From Macrostomum lignano (Eukaryota), in the NCBI GenBank assembly GCA_002269645.1, contig NIVC01003167.1, forward strand, positions 51,645 to 115,644: a stretch of 64,000 nt of DNA. The letters are read 5' to 3'. The position numbers were made by a program, and so were the translations under genes. This document shows, one piece after another, positions 1-11,279 of the stretch (within the stretch, counting starts at the first letter, position 1; each line of letters starts with the position of its first letter). A model generated the notes under the pieces. The model was not told the origin of the DNA and ran no database searches. It saw only the letters and a program-made list of their open reading frames with translations.

Positions 1-319
1 TTGAACATATTCGAATCTGTTTTGTTATAATTAGTGTGTGAGAGACATTCAAATGTATACAGCAGTGAGTTTCTTGATAAGAAAACAGTGTTTATATACT
101 GACATACTATCTGTTATTCCAACCGGTTTCCTATTCGTCACTACTAAGCTATTGCTTTGGTTCGCCCTTCTGCTTATCAACTATGAATAAGGGAAGCTTA
201 ATTTTGCAATCCTATTGCACTACTTTTAGTAAATTAAATAGATAATTACATTGGAAATTGGATTTTTGTTCAGTTGAACCTGTTAATCACGAGCTCTCTG
301 CATGCAGTCATCAGATCCC

Positions 320-815
320 CAAGGACAACTTAAGTAGAAGGACGCAACACTCGAAATCTTTGGTAAATGTTTTGAAGGCAACTTTTAAACGTTTTTTCAA
401 GTGACAGACCAATTTAACATGAAAAATCGATTAATGCGTCGTTAGAGCAGCATGTGAGGCACAAAATAGTGTGATTAGGACTTTCTCTGACACTGTTAAG
501 AGACCCAATCACTGTTTTAGTGTTGAAAATCGTGAAATTTCCTATCTTCGTAGTGTATTTTTCCGATGAAACCTGCCTTTAACACTATTTCTGAACGAAA
601 AGCTTTATGAATATCGATAGAACAATAAGAAAGGCACAACATATCAAATGATGAACACTGGATCTGTCTCCTATCGAAAGTAATAACAATTTTTGTGCTG
701 AAAAAATTAAAACCTCTATCTCTGTAGTGTATTTTTCGGCGAAAGTTGCCTTCAAAACATTTACCATAGATTTCGAGTGTTGCGTCCTATATATATGTTA
801 CTTGAGTAGTCCTTG
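320..815. repeat. Imperfect inverted repeat pair (MITE-like relic)
   Basis: 339-385 is the reverse complement of 742-788 (47 bp, 1 mismatch). Outer blocks 320-334 and 801-815 also pair with 2 mismatches. No coding capacity or TSD recognised. Confidence 0.55.
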
Positions 816-917
816 CAGATCCCATGCCTGATGATGTGGAATATTGAAAATTCATTAGAGATTAAGTATTCGGGTAAGAGGTTGAGTAGAGAGTTGATGG
901 TGTATAAAAGAGTGTAG

Positions 918-1062
918 AGGATAGAGAGTTGAGAGTTGAGAGTTGAGAATAGAGAGTAGAGAGTAGAGAGAGTAGAGAGTAGAGAGTAGAGAATAGAGAG
1001 TAGAGAGTAGAGAGAGTAAAGAGTAGAGAGATAGAGAGTAGGGAGTAGAGATAAAGTAGAGT
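918..1062. repeat. (GAGTA/GAGA)n low-complexity microsatellite
   Basis: Repeated gagagtagagagtag units. Confidence 0.85.
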
Positions 1063-1561
1063 TGAAAAAATAGAAGTTATTAGCCATAAAGGCCATAAGA
1101 TTTAAGATATTAGTAAAAAATCAAATTTAAAGAATTCTGCCCGACCTTTCGGCCATAGACAGGTCAAGGCAGCGCCGCTTTGTATCTGCGCATAAAATGA
1201 TTCATAATAACGCATCGTTAATTGCAATATAAAAATGGCAGAATCTGGTCATTCTCAGAACGATCTTCACCTATTCAACACCACAGTGCACTGCGTGAAT
1301 GGCAGTCCAGTTAACTGGCTGCCAGTGCCAAGTGAAGGTCAGCTGGTCTCAGCAACTCCGGAGCAATCGGTGATTAAAAATTCATATCCTCTGCTGCCGC
1401 AGCAGCAACAGCAGCAGCCAGCTTCCTTGCTGCAACATCTAGTTAACGCTTCCAAGTTTTATGTTGCTCAGGTAACGTAATTAACTAATAATATACGTTG
1501 GTTATCATTGGCACCAAACATAAAGATATTCAGGATTAGCGCCAAGATGACCAACACTTCC

Positions 1562-1950
1562 GTATCACCTTGACCCATCTGACCCACACTCCAGTATCAC
1601 CTTGACCCATCTGACCCACACCCCAGTATCACCTTGACCCATCTGACCCACACTCCAGTATCACCTTGACCCATCTGACCCACACCCCAGTATCACCTTG
1701 ACCCATCTGACCCACACTTCAGTATGATCTTGACCCATCTGACCCACACCCCAGTATCACCTTGACCCATCTGACCCACACTTCAGTATGATCTTGACCC
1801 ATCTGATCCACACCCCAGTATCACCTTGACCCATCTGACCCACACTTCAGTATGATCTTGACCCATCTGACCCACACTTCAGTATCACCTTGACCCATCT
1901 GACCCACACTTCAGTATGATCTTGACCCATCTGATCCACACCCCAGTATC
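1562..1950. repeat. 32-bp minisatellite, about 12 copies
   Basis: Unit gtatcaccttgacccatctgacccacacccca; copies start at 1562, 1594 and onward. Confidence 0.95.
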
Positions 1951-2063
1951 ATAACTCTTGCTCCTCTAGACCCCCTGGCCAACCTAATGCCCTCGACCTG
2001 TTTGCTCATTTGACCCCCAACTTGACCCCCTTGGCTTGACCCTGTGCCTCTGCCGCAACCCAG

Positions 2064-2453
2064 GTGGACTCTTGGGGCCCATTGACCTGCTTCTGGCGAC
2101 TGCAACGAGACTACTGCATCAAGACGTCCAACAGGGAGGCCACTCTCTATCACTTGACCTCGGCTGACCCAAGTTCGAAAGCTTCGAACTGGCTTACTGG
2201 CTACTGTCAACTGCCTGACGGCCAACTGAGGCGAGCATTCCAGCTCCGGCGGGTGTACACCTGCCCCATGTTCGCGGCGGACCTGCTGCCTCTGCCCGTG
2301 TGCACCGCGTGCGCCGAGATTCTGTGCAGCGACTACTCGCCGTCAACGGGGTTGGCGGCGGACGTTACGAAATCTTTAGGGCTGGTCCGGTCGGCCTGGG
2401 GTCCCGTCAAAGGCTTCTGGCTGAGCCGCCATGGCAGCAACAGGCGCTACCAG
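2064..2453 (+). CDS. Penultimate exon of an uncharacterised host gene
   Basis: CAG acceptor at 2061-2063, 130 open codons (VDSWGPLTCFWRLQRDY...RRYQ), then CAG|GTGGGG donor, phase 0. Confidence 0.6.
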
Positions 2454-2504
2454 GTGGGGTCCGGCTGCTGCTGGGGTGCTGGCGTCTGCCGTGCTGCGCT
2501 CCGT

Positions 2505-3250
2505 CTCTGCATCTCCCTCTCTGCATCTTCCTCTCTGCATCTCCCTCTCTGCATCTCCCTCTCTGCATCTCCCTCTCTGCATCTCCCTCTCTGCATCTCC
2601 CTCTCTGCATCTCCCTCTCTGCATCTCCCTCTCTGCATCTCCCTCTGTGCATCTTCCTCTCTGCATCTCCCTCTCTGCATCTCCCTCTCTGCATCTCCCT
2701 CTCTGCATCTCCCTCTCTGCATCTTCCTCTCTGCATCTCCCTCTCTGCATCTCCCTCTCTGCATCTCCCTCTCTGCATCTCCCTCTCTGCATCTCCCTCT
2801 GTGCATCTCCCTCTCTGCATCTCCCTCTCTGCATCTCCCTCTCTGCATTTCCCTCTCTGCATCTCCCTCTCTGCATCTCCCTCTCTGCATCTCCCTCTCT
2901 GCATCTCCCTCTCTGCATCTCCCTCTCTGCATCTCCCTCTCTGCATCTCCCTCTCTGCATCTCCCTCTCTGCATCTCCCTCTCTGCATCTCCCTCTCTGC
3001 ATCTCGCTGCGTCTCCCCTCCCCATCTCCCTCTTTCCACCCCCTCCCCATCTCCCTTCACGTCCCTCTCTTCATCTCCCTCTCCCCATGTCACACTCCCC
3101 ATCTCCTTCTCCATTTCTCTCTCCCGATCTCCCTCTCCTCATGTCCCTCTCTGCATCTCCCTCTCTGCGTCTCCCCTCCCAGTCTCCCTCTTCCCACCCC
3201 CACTCCATCTCTCTCCCCATCTCCCTCTCCCCATCTCCCTCTCCCCACCT
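2505..3250. repeat. 14-bp minisatellite (CTGCATCTCCCTCT)n, intronic, degenerating 3'
   Basis: Near-perfect copies 2505-3004, then CT-rich decay. Confidence 0.95.
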
Positions 3251-3299
3251 CCCTCAAGCATCCCCATGCCTGCAGCTCCCAGCCCGCCCCACTCCGCAG

Positions 3300-3551
3300 A
3301 TCAGCACGGAGCGGCTGATGAACTTCTGTTGGAACGGCGACACCTCAACGGAAGTCGAACCGCTGGAGGTGGCGCACCGCGGCTCCGTGCACTGCGTGGC
3401 TGCTGTGCGTTGGCACCGACACCTGCGCACCGTCTACTGCGACAACAGCGGCATGGATGTCAGCTTTACTGAGGCGGCCGCCGAGCTGGCAGCCGAGGAT
3501 CGACTACTGTTGCTATGCGGGCTTATCTACGCTTGGGAGCAGATTGGCTGA
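3300..3551 (+). CDS. Last coding exon of the same uncharacterised host gene
   Basis: Acceptor ccgcag ends at 3299; phase 0 and in frame with 2064-2453 (ISTERLMNFCW...AWEQIG*). Confidence 0.6.
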   Translation: MSTERLMNFCWNGDTSTEVEPLEVAHRGSVHCVAAVRWHRHLRTVYCDNSGMDVSFTEAAAELAAEDRLLLLCGLIYAWEQIG

Positions 3552-3624
3552 GACTGATCGACTGAGAGCGGCAAGCCCGGAAATGAGCTGCTGAGCAATT
3601 TGCAGACCGAGAGTAGTGAATAAA

Positions 3625-3831
3625 TTGACTGACTGTTGCATCGGTTTGATCATTGATTGATTAACTGATTGATTCATTGAATAATTGATTGAATAATTGA
3701 TTGATTGATTAATTGATTAATTGATTGGTTGATTGATTGATTGATTGATTGAATAATTGATTGATTGACTGATTGATTGACTGATTGATTGATTGATTGA
3801 TTGACTGATTGATTGATTGATTGATTTATTG

Positions 3832-3863
<32 letters not shown>

Positions 3864-3930
3864 CTGATTGATTGACTGATTGATTGACTGATTGATTGAT
3901 TGACTGACTGATTGATTGATTGATTTATTG

Positions 3931-3966
<36 letters not shown>

Positions 3967-4317
3967 CTGATTGATTGATTGACTGACTGACTGATCAATT
4001 GATTTATTGATTGATTGACTGATTGATTGATTGACTGATTGATTGATTGACTGACTGACTGATCAATTGATTGATTTATTGTTGATTGATTGATTGATTG
4101 ACTGATTGATTGATTGATTTATTTATTTATTTATTGTTGATTGATTGATTGATTTATTGATTGATTGTTGATTGATTGATTGATTTATTGGATGATTGAT
4201 TAGATGATTGATTGAATATTTGATTGATTGATTGATTGATTGATTGACTGACTAATTGATTGATTGATTGATTTATTGTTGATTGATTGATTTATTTATT
4301 GGTTGATTGATTGAATA

Positions 4318-4355
<38 letters not shown>

Positions 4356-4388
4356 GATTGATTGATTTATTGGTTGATTGATTGAATA

Positions 4389-4466
<78 letters not shown>

Positions 4467-4605
4467 GATTGGTTGAATAATTGATTGATTGATTGATGGA
4501 TTGATTGATTCACTGACTGATTTATTTATTTATTTATTTATTGGTTCATTGATTGATTGATTATTTATTTATTGGTTGGTTTGTTGATTGATTGATTGAT
4601 TGATA
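3625..4605. repeat. (ATTG)n microsatellite, about 1 kb, imperfect
   Basis: Direct reading. Confidence 0.95.
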
Positions 4606-5164
4606 ATAAAATTAAATTGGTGCATAGCTTGTTTAATTAATTGATTGGTTTAAATATTTTCACTCTCAATTAGTCACGTGATTTGTTGCCATCCTGCTCA
4701 GTCTAAATCTTTTACTGAGTCCATCAAAACAGATCTTCAACAACCAGGCAGTCTCAAATTTAGACTATGCTTATTTTTTTTAAAGCTCGAAATAACAAGC
4801 AAGTTTTCAAATGTATATTTTTCGAAAATAAATCAACATCGGAATTGTAAAAATTTTTGACTTTCTGACATACTGACGACGGAGCTTTAAACTTTCTGCA
4901 CTTTTACAGAAACAGCCGTTCAACTGTGGGAAACTATGGTAATAAACCGCAATATAAGCATGCAATCACCTTTATGTCAATCAATCTTAGCAGGTATGCA
5001 GAGAAGAAATAATTAATTGAATTATAACAAACTGCACTGATGCAAAAGTTGTTTTTAAAATGGACTTGTTTTGATAAGAAGAAATACCAACTGGCTCTGG
5101 GATACTTTGATATTTTTTCATAAACTTTTTCATTTCATAGCATGTTGGACACTACATGTACATG

Positions 5165-5345
5165 ACAGTAGATTACAGTAAATAGCAGTAGAAAACAGTA
5201 ACAGTAGAATACAGTAAATAACAATAGATTACAGTAAACAACAGTATATTACAGCAGGTAACAATGGATTACAGTAGATTACAGTAAATTGCAGTAGATT
5301 ACAGAGGATTACAGTAGATGACAGCAAAGTACAATAGGTTGCAGT
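5165..5345. repeat. Degenerate attacagta-type tandem repeat
   Basis: Repeated tagattacagta-like units. Confidence 0.6.
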
Positions 5346-5729
5346 GGGTTACAGCCAGTCTGTTATGAAAATACCTCAACTGATAAATGTTTTGAAGGTT
5401 TAAATTTTTAAGCAGAAAATATAGATATGATTAAAGCAAGTTGAGAGCACTCAAACATGAGCACTACGCAAGCATCGGGGCTCATAAATAATTAATGAGC
5501 TGCTGGACTCAGAGAGGCAATCAATAACAGTGAAAAAAATTCTCGTTAATTGCTGTAATGAAGTGCTTTAGCCCAGTATGAGCGCATGATATGCAGAGCT
5601 TATATATAACATTAATTGTTCACATGATAACTAAATATATATTTAATTTTACAACTATCAATTACGCAAAAGTTTGTTGGCTACCAGGCAAGAGTTTTGG
5701 CGCCATTAGAACAGGGGGCAATAATAATA

Positions 5730-5855
5730 GGTGCTATAATTCCCTATCAGGTAACTGCAGGTAGCAATAACAGGTGCTATGATTCCCTATCTAACAGGTA
5801 GCAATAACAGGTGCTATGATTCCCTATCTAACAGGTAGCAATAACAGGTGCTATT
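5730..5855. repeat. About 37-bp tandem repeat, 3 copies
   Basis: aggtagcaataacaggtgctatgattccctatctaac repeated. Confidence 0.75.
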
Positions 5856-5916
5856 CCAATGATCAATTTGATTCCAGTGCCGGCAGTTCGAAACCGGCAG
5901 TTCGAAATTCGCCTGC

Positions 5917-6318
5917 TCAGATGCTCACATTGGTGCCTCGCCTCTGCTGCGGCTGCAGCAGCAGCGACCGGCGCTCATGAAGCTCAATTTCGGACGCGCA
6001 AGCGACAATTTGACCGGCGCCACACTGCGCCGAGCTCCCTGACGCGGCGGTTGCCGAGCGCGCGTGGCGCAGCAACTGGCGCTGCTTGCCGGCGCTGAAG
6101 GCTTGCGCGCTCATTCGGCGCGAGGTCCGACGCCTGGCGCAGGTCTCAGCCAGTCTGGCGCGGGTTTTCCGATTCAAACAAAAACAAGCGGATAGCAGGC
6201 AGCCGTGCAGATCCACGATCACTTCCGCTACGAATGAGGTCACGGGTTCGCGTCCGCGGCCGAGAATTTTCGCTATGCAAAAATAGGGCAGCCAGGTGAC
6301 GCCTAGGATGACTGACAC
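5917..6318 (-). CDS. Methuselah-like / family-B 7TM GPCR, last exon (TM6-TM7 and C-tail)
   Basis: CAG acceptor at 6321-6319; VSVILGVTWL and DLHGCLLSACFCLNRK resemble the family-B TM6 (LxGxTW) and TM7 (LQG..F..C.N.K) motifs; phase-0 join to the 11280 exon. Confidence 0.7.
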   Translation of the reverse strand: MSVILGVTWLPYFCIAKILGRGREPVTSFVAEVIVDLHGCLLSACFCLNRKTRARLAETCARRRTSRRMSAQAFSAGKQRQLLRHARSATAASGSSAQCGAGQIVACASEIELHERRSLLLQPQQRRGTNVSI

Positions 6319-6547
6319 CTGCGGGAGAGGAATTCGACAAATGTTTCGAGAGCTCGAATAGTCAACATTCGGGGCTACTTGGATAATAAATTTTCAGAAT
6401 CTTTGAGGATTTCTGAGATCCAGAGTTTCGGCGAGTTGGGATTATTTGGAAGTGAAAGTGAGAGTGTTCACGTCTGACGATTAAGAAAGTCAGGGGCCGC
6501 CTGTGCACCCTGTGTGAGCGTGTGCATGAGTTCGCGCCTGTGTACAG

Positions 6548-6722
6548 TGTAATGACTCAGACTAGCTATTTAGTTTGGCGAGAGAAACGATGCACTTAAA
6601 TGAGCCGACTGCTCAATTCAATATATTTATAGGCCCGAGAGCATTGCGTAATAAGAGTATTGCTACGAGTTAGTTCATCGACCAAGCCAAGTACATTATT
6701 ACCGCGCAGAGCGTACACTACA
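6548..6722 (-). repeat. 3' LTR of Gypsy element 1
   Basis: Direct repeat of 11052-11226. Confidence 0.95.
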
Positions 6723-6952
6723 TCTCTCCTCATTTTGGATTAAAAGTTTTACTGCAAAAGGTTTTTAAAAAATGAAAATTACCACAAATACGAGTAAAAT
6801 CTTGCAAAGAAGAAACATTAATAGAGAAAATGTTACTGATTGTACATGTAATGCCTTAGCTGGAGAATGAACAATTTTCTATCCGCAATCTCAAGACGCA
6901 AAAGCAAAATCAAACAAGATATTAGCGTCAGTCTGCCAAGCGCGAGTTATAG

Positions 6953-9900
6953 TTAAACCCTATAGTTCACTTTCACCTTGGCCTCTCGGGGGTGTGGTCG
7001 CAGCGCAATTGGAGGGGTCGCGGGTTCGCTCCCTGCAGCTTGCAGGATCGGCGGTGCGGTCTCCCCGACAGGAAAATCGGGCTCTGCATCTGGCGCTACC
7101 CGCTTCAGGTCAGTGCAGTGCCGCCTGCAAACTCTGGCGCCCTGCCGAATGGTCATCGAGTCGCCCTTGACACTCTCGACCAGCCAGGGTGTCCACTCGA
7201 ACGGAGTCTCGCCCTTGAGCGGATTTAGTCGGCGCCGGAGCACCGTGTCGCCGACTTTGAGCCCATGCGGTCTCGCCTGCTGTCGCTTGTCCGTGTAGCG
7301 CTTGCCCTTTGCCTTGCTGCTGGCGTCCTGCTGTCGGAGCCTCCTGTCTGCGATGGCCACCGGTCTCGACGGCCTGATTGACGGGATGGCGTCGTTTGGG
7401 ACGCGACCCAAGAGCAGCTCGGCTGGTGCCCGGTTGGTGGTTCGCTGCGGCGTGCAACGGTAGGCCAGCAGCCACTCGTCAAGGGCCGCCCTCCAGTCGC
7501 GCTTCTGGGCTATGGCAGCTCGTACAACCTTATTGATGGAGCGGTTCAGGCGCTCAGTGATGCCGTTGGCCTGCGGATGCAGCGGTGTGATGAGACGCTG
7601 CCGGATTCCGTAGCTGTCCAGAAAGCCTTTGAACTGGGCCGAGGAGAATGGCGGGCCGTTATCGGTGACCAGTACCTGCGGGATGCCGAATCTGGCGAAC
7701 GAATTCCTCAGCTTGGGAATCAGCGCTTCGGCCGTTGTGGTCTGGACGATCTCGACTTCAGGGAAGCGCGAGTAGTGGTCGACGCAGACGAGCAGCATAC
7801 TGCCTTGAATGGGGCCTAGCAGGTCTGCCCCTAGTGTTAGCCATGCAGCTTTCGGGATCGGCGTCGGCTTCAGCGGCGCGGCGGTCACGTCGGCCGCGTG
7901 CGACGTAGCTGCACAGGCTCGGCAGGCACGCACGAAGAGCTCTGCTTCTGTCTGCATCCTCGGCCACCAGACTTTGGTGCTCAAACGGTCAACCGTCTTG
8001 CGCAGGCACTGATGACCGCGGTGTGCCAGGTCCAAAACCAGGCGCCGAAGCGCCATTGGAACTACGATTCTCTGGCCCCGCAGGAGCACGCCGTCTGCTG
8101 CCGATAGCTCATTCCGTAGGGCGTGGAGCGATCGCGTCTCCGCCGACTCGAGGCTCCATCGTCCTGTCTCCAGCGATCGAATAGCGGCTTGAATTGTTGC
8201 ATCTTGCAGCGAACTCTCTTGCACTGAGGACAGCGACAGCGCGTTCGGTATGGCCGCCTGGACGATTGCAGCGATGCAGAGGGTGTCGAGCTCTTCGCCG
8301 ACATTTCTTCCTCGTGTTGGCAGCGGCTGCCGGCTCAGCACGTCCGCTGGGTTTAGTGGGCCAGGCTGGTATTCGACTGTAAATTTCATGTGCTGAATGC
8401 GCAGCGCCATTCTTTCGATCCTCGGGGGAGGCCTTGAGCCACTGCTGAACAATGCGATGAGCGGCTTGTGGTCTGTCACCACCGTAAATGTCGGAGCGCC
8501 GTGCAGATAGTACTGAAATTTCAAGCAGCCGTATTTGACGGCCAGCGCCTCCTTCTCAGTCTGGGAGTAGCGCTGCTCAACATCGGACAGCGTCCGGCTG
8601 GCGTACGCGACAGGCCGGTTGGTGCCGTCCGCTTGCGTCTGCGTTAGGATCGCGCCCAGGCCCGCTGGGCCGGCGTCGACGATGAGTTGCGTCGCTAGGC
8701 GGTGGTTGAAGAAGGCGAGGGTGCCGCTGGTCGCAATCCGGGTCTTCACGTCGTCAAAAGCTCGTTTCTCGAGGTCGGTCCATGCCCAGGGCTCGCCTTT
8801 CCTAGTCAGATTGCGCAGTGGCCTCGCTACATCCGCCAGCCCGGGGGTGAATGAGGCCAGATAGTTGACCAGGCCTAGGAACGAGCGCACCTCTGTGGCG
8901 GTCTTTGGCTCGGCAAATGCATGGATGGCTTCCAACTTGGACTGGGTTGGTCTGACACCTTCACTGGACAGCTGCATCCCCATGAACGTGACCTCGGTAC
9001 GGGCGAGCTTGCATTTTAACGGATTCAGCGTCAGCCCGTGCTGCGCCAGTCGTCGCAGACATGCCTGCAGGTTGCTGTGGTGCTCCGCCACGCTGTGCCC
9101 ATACACGATGATGTCGTCGTGAATCCATTTTACTTTCGGGAGTCCAGCTAGCACGGATGACATGACCGCCTGGAGAATTTCCTGGGCCGTAGACAGTCCC
9201 ATACAGAGCCGTGTCAGCCGCCGCAGGCCTCGTGGTGTCGAAAAAGTCAGAAGATGGCGGCATTCGTCGGCGACTGGGATTTGATAAAATGCCTTCGCGA
9301 TGTCGAGCTCTGAGAATAGCTGCGCTCCTGCCATGTCTCCCGTCACCTCCTCGAATGTCGGGATGGGATGCCGCTCTCTGATGACCGACTTGTTCAGGTC
9401 TCTCAAGTCCTGCGTAATCCTGATCTCGCCTGGAGTCTGCTTGGGCACGACGACGATGCGGGCTACCCACGGACAGGGGCCTTCCACCGGCTCGATGATG
9501 CCTTGGTCCTCGAGGCACTGCAGCTCGGCGTCGACTGCCTGTGCGAGATGTATTGGCACCCTTGATGGGGGATGACAGATCGGCCTGGCTCCCTCCTCCA
9601 GGAAGATGCGGGCGGCATAGTTTTTGAGCCTGCCGATTCCGCTGAAGACTTGTGCGTTCTCCGTTAGGAGTTCGTGCAGGGCCGGTGCCCCCGGCGCATG
9701 TAGGACGTCCTTTGGGATCCCTGTTAGCATGCTGTCTAGCGAGACCTCGGGAGACGGACGCAGCTGGCATGCCACCTTGTTCTCCGGGCCGACTCGCAGA
9801 ATCTGAAGTCTTTCAGCGCTTCTCCGGCCAATGATGCAAGCGCCCTCACCGTCGAGCACCAAGAACGGTAGTGTCTCGTGGATCTCGAACACGCTGACTT

Positions 9901-11029
9901 GCAGGTCTGCCTTGCCCAGCAATCTCAGCGGCTCTTGGCTTCCGTATGGGTAGACCTTGTCGCTGGCGGGCTGCAGCGCGGCTTTTTGCGGCATCCTGTC
10001 GTAGGCCGCCCTGTCGATGATGTTGCAGGCCGCGCCGCTGTCGATGAGCACCTTTGTCTTGAGCCCGTTAATTGTCGCAGGCGTCCAAGTAGAGCCGTAG
10101 TTCCTCAGGGTGAATAGCTCGTGCTCGATGGGGTCGTCTTGCAGATATTCGACTCGACCCGGCGGAGCCTCCTCCTGCGGTTCGTCAACGGTCCTCAGAG
10201 GGACTTTAGCTGCTCCTCGACACGCCCGAGCAAAATGACCCATCTTGCCGCAGCGTCGACACGCCTTGTTACGGGCTGCCTCGCACGTCTGATGCCCTGG
10301 TCGCCCGCAGCGATCGCAGTTGATGCCGCTGTCTCTTGCCGCGGCAGCCGGCCTGGTTGTATGGGATGGTCGGTTACGAGGTGGACGCAGCGCCGCCACA
10401 TTCGAAGCGGAAGGATGGCCCGTGTCGGCTGCGGCGCCGATCTCCATGGCCTGGGCCTGCTGCTCCGCTGCCTCCCTCGCTCGGATTCGCTTCAAAACGT
10501 CGTCTAAGGAGACATCGTTGAGCTGCAGGAGTTCCCTCCTGATCCTCTCGGACCGGTAATGAGCCACGATCTTGTCCCTGATGAGCGAGTCTCGGAGTTC
10601 GCCGAACGTACATTGGTCCGCAGCCTTGCGTAGCCGATGATACCAGGCCTCAATTGACTCTCCTTCCTCCTGCCGGCATATTTCAAACTGGTACCTGAGG
10701 AAGACAACGCCGTTCTTTTGGTCGAAGATACCCTGCAACTTTTTGATGAGCTCCTCCGCGGACTCTCCTTTCTTGACGCCGTTATCGTCCATGAAGTCTT
10801 CCAGCTTCTCGCCCGCAGTGTAAACTAATAGCTCCAGCTGCTGTGTCGCATCTGTGATGCCAGCTGCGCGTATGTAGCTGCTGAACCTTCGCGTCCAGGT
10901 TTTCCATCGCTGAGCTCTTGTCAGAGGATCGCCTTCGAGGTCAAAGGCGTCTGGTGCCGCGAGTTGCAGGGCCTGTGCCAGATTTGCTGAATCACCGGTC
11001 GTTATCAGTGCGCGGGGGGTTGGCCTCAC
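6953..11029 (-). CDS. gag-pol: Gag-Pol polyprotein, 1358 aa, uninterrupted
   Basis: Two zinc knuckles (CDRCGRPGHQTC, CRRCGKMGHFARAC), protease LIDSGA, RT IHDD, RNase H (VDAG...EKEAL...TDHKPL), integrase HHCC and DDE (ADLLGP, TDNGPPF, NGITER). Confidence 0.95.
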   Translation of the reverse strand: MRPTPRALITTGDSANLAQALQLAAPDAFDLEGDPLTRAQRWKTWTRRFSSYIRAAGITDATQQLELLVYTAGEKLEDFMDDNGVKKGESAEELIKKLQGIFDQKNGVVFLRYQFEICRQEEGESIEAWYHRLRKAADQCTFGELRDSLIRDKIVAHYRSERIRRELLQLNDVSLDDVLKRIRAREAAEQQAQAMEIGAAADTGHPSASNVAALRPPRNRPSHTTRPAAAARDSGINCDRCGRPGHQTCEAARNKACRRCGKMGHFARACRGAAKVPLRTVDEPQEEAPPGRVEYLQDDPIEHELFTLRNYGSTWTPATINGLKTKVLIDSGAACNIIDRAAYDRMPQKAALQPASDKVYPYGSQEPLRLLGKADLQVSVFEIHETLPFLVLDGEGACIIGRRSAERLQILRVGPENKVACQLRPSPEVSLDSMLTGIPKDVLHAPGAPALHELLTENAQVFSGIGRLKNYAARIFLEEGARPICHPPSRVPIHLAQAVDAELQCLEDQGIIEPVEGPCPWVARIVVVPKQTPGEIRITQDLRDLNKSVIRERHPIPTFEEVTGDMAGAQLFSELDIAKAFYQIPVADECRHLLTFSTPRGLRRLTRLCMGLSTAQEILQAVMSSVLAGLPKVKWIHDDIIVYGHSVAEHHSNLQACLRRLAQHGLTLNPLKCKLARTEVTFMGMQLSSEGVRPTQSKLEAIHAFAEPKTATEVRSFLGLVNYLASFTPGLADVARPLRNLTRKGEPWAWTDLEKRAFDDVKTRIATSGTLAFFNHRLATQLIVDAGPAGLGAILTQTQADGTNRPVAYASRTLSDVEQRYSQTEKEALAVKYGCLKFQYYLHGAPTFTVVTDHKPLIALFSSGSRPPPRIERMALRIQHMKFTVEYQPGPLNPADVLSRQPLPTRGRNVGEELDTLCIAAIVQAAIPNALSLSSVQESSLQDATIQAAIRSLETGRWSLESAETRSLHALRNELSAADGVLLRGQRIVVPMALRRLVLDLAHRGHQCLRKTVDRLSTKVWWPRMQTEAELFVRACRACAATSHAADVTAAPLKPTPIPKAAWLTLGADLLGPIQGSMLLVCVDHYSRFPEVEIVQTTTAEALIPKLRNSFARFGIPQVLVTDNGPPFSSAQFKGFLDSYGIRQRLITPLHPQANGITERLNRSINKVVRAAIAQKRDWRAALDEWLLAYRCTPQRTTNRAPAELLLGRVPNDAIPSIRPSRPVAIADRRLRQQDASSKAKGKRYTDKRQQARPHGLKVGDTVLRRRLNPLKGETPFEWTPWLVESVKGDSMTIRQGARVCRRHCTDLKRVAPDAEPDFPVGETAPPILQAAGSEPATPPIALRPHPREAKVKVNYRV

Positions 11030-11051
11030 TGAGAGTTTGCTTGCGACGCCA

Positions 11052-11226
11052 TGTAATGACTCAGACTAGCTATTTTTTTTGGCGAGAGAAACGATGCACT
11101 TAAATGAGCCGACTGCTCAATTCAATATATTTATAGGCCCGAGAGCATTGCGTAATAAGAGTATTGCTACGAGTTAGTTCATCGCCAAAGCCAAGTACAT
11201 TATTACCGCGCAGAGCGTACACTACA
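11052..11226 (-). repeat. 5' LTR of Gypsy element 1
   Basis: Direct repeat of 6548-6722; followed on the minus strand by the TGG-initiated PBS. Confidence 0.95.
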
Positions 11227-11279
11227 TACAGTACTTGAGTGCTTGTCTGTGCTCAGCGGCTTGGGCAGAACTGCCTCAC

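Larger units (their letters stand above)
6548..11226 (-). mobile_element. Full-length Ty3/Gypsy LTR retrotransposon (Mag-like) in the GPCR intron
   Basis: 175-bp TG...CA LTRs at 6548-6722 and 11052-11226 (about 4 differences); 5-bp TSD TACAG at 6543-6547 and 11227-11231; PBS-like TGGCGTCGCAAG next to the 5' LTR; PPT GAGGAGAGA next to the 3' LTR; single gag-pol ORF. Confidence 0.97.

Noticed and set aside
6978-10707. Numerous short ORFs overlapping the Gypsy gag-pol on either strand
   Set aside because: Shadow ORFs of a GC-rich coding sequence with no motifs.
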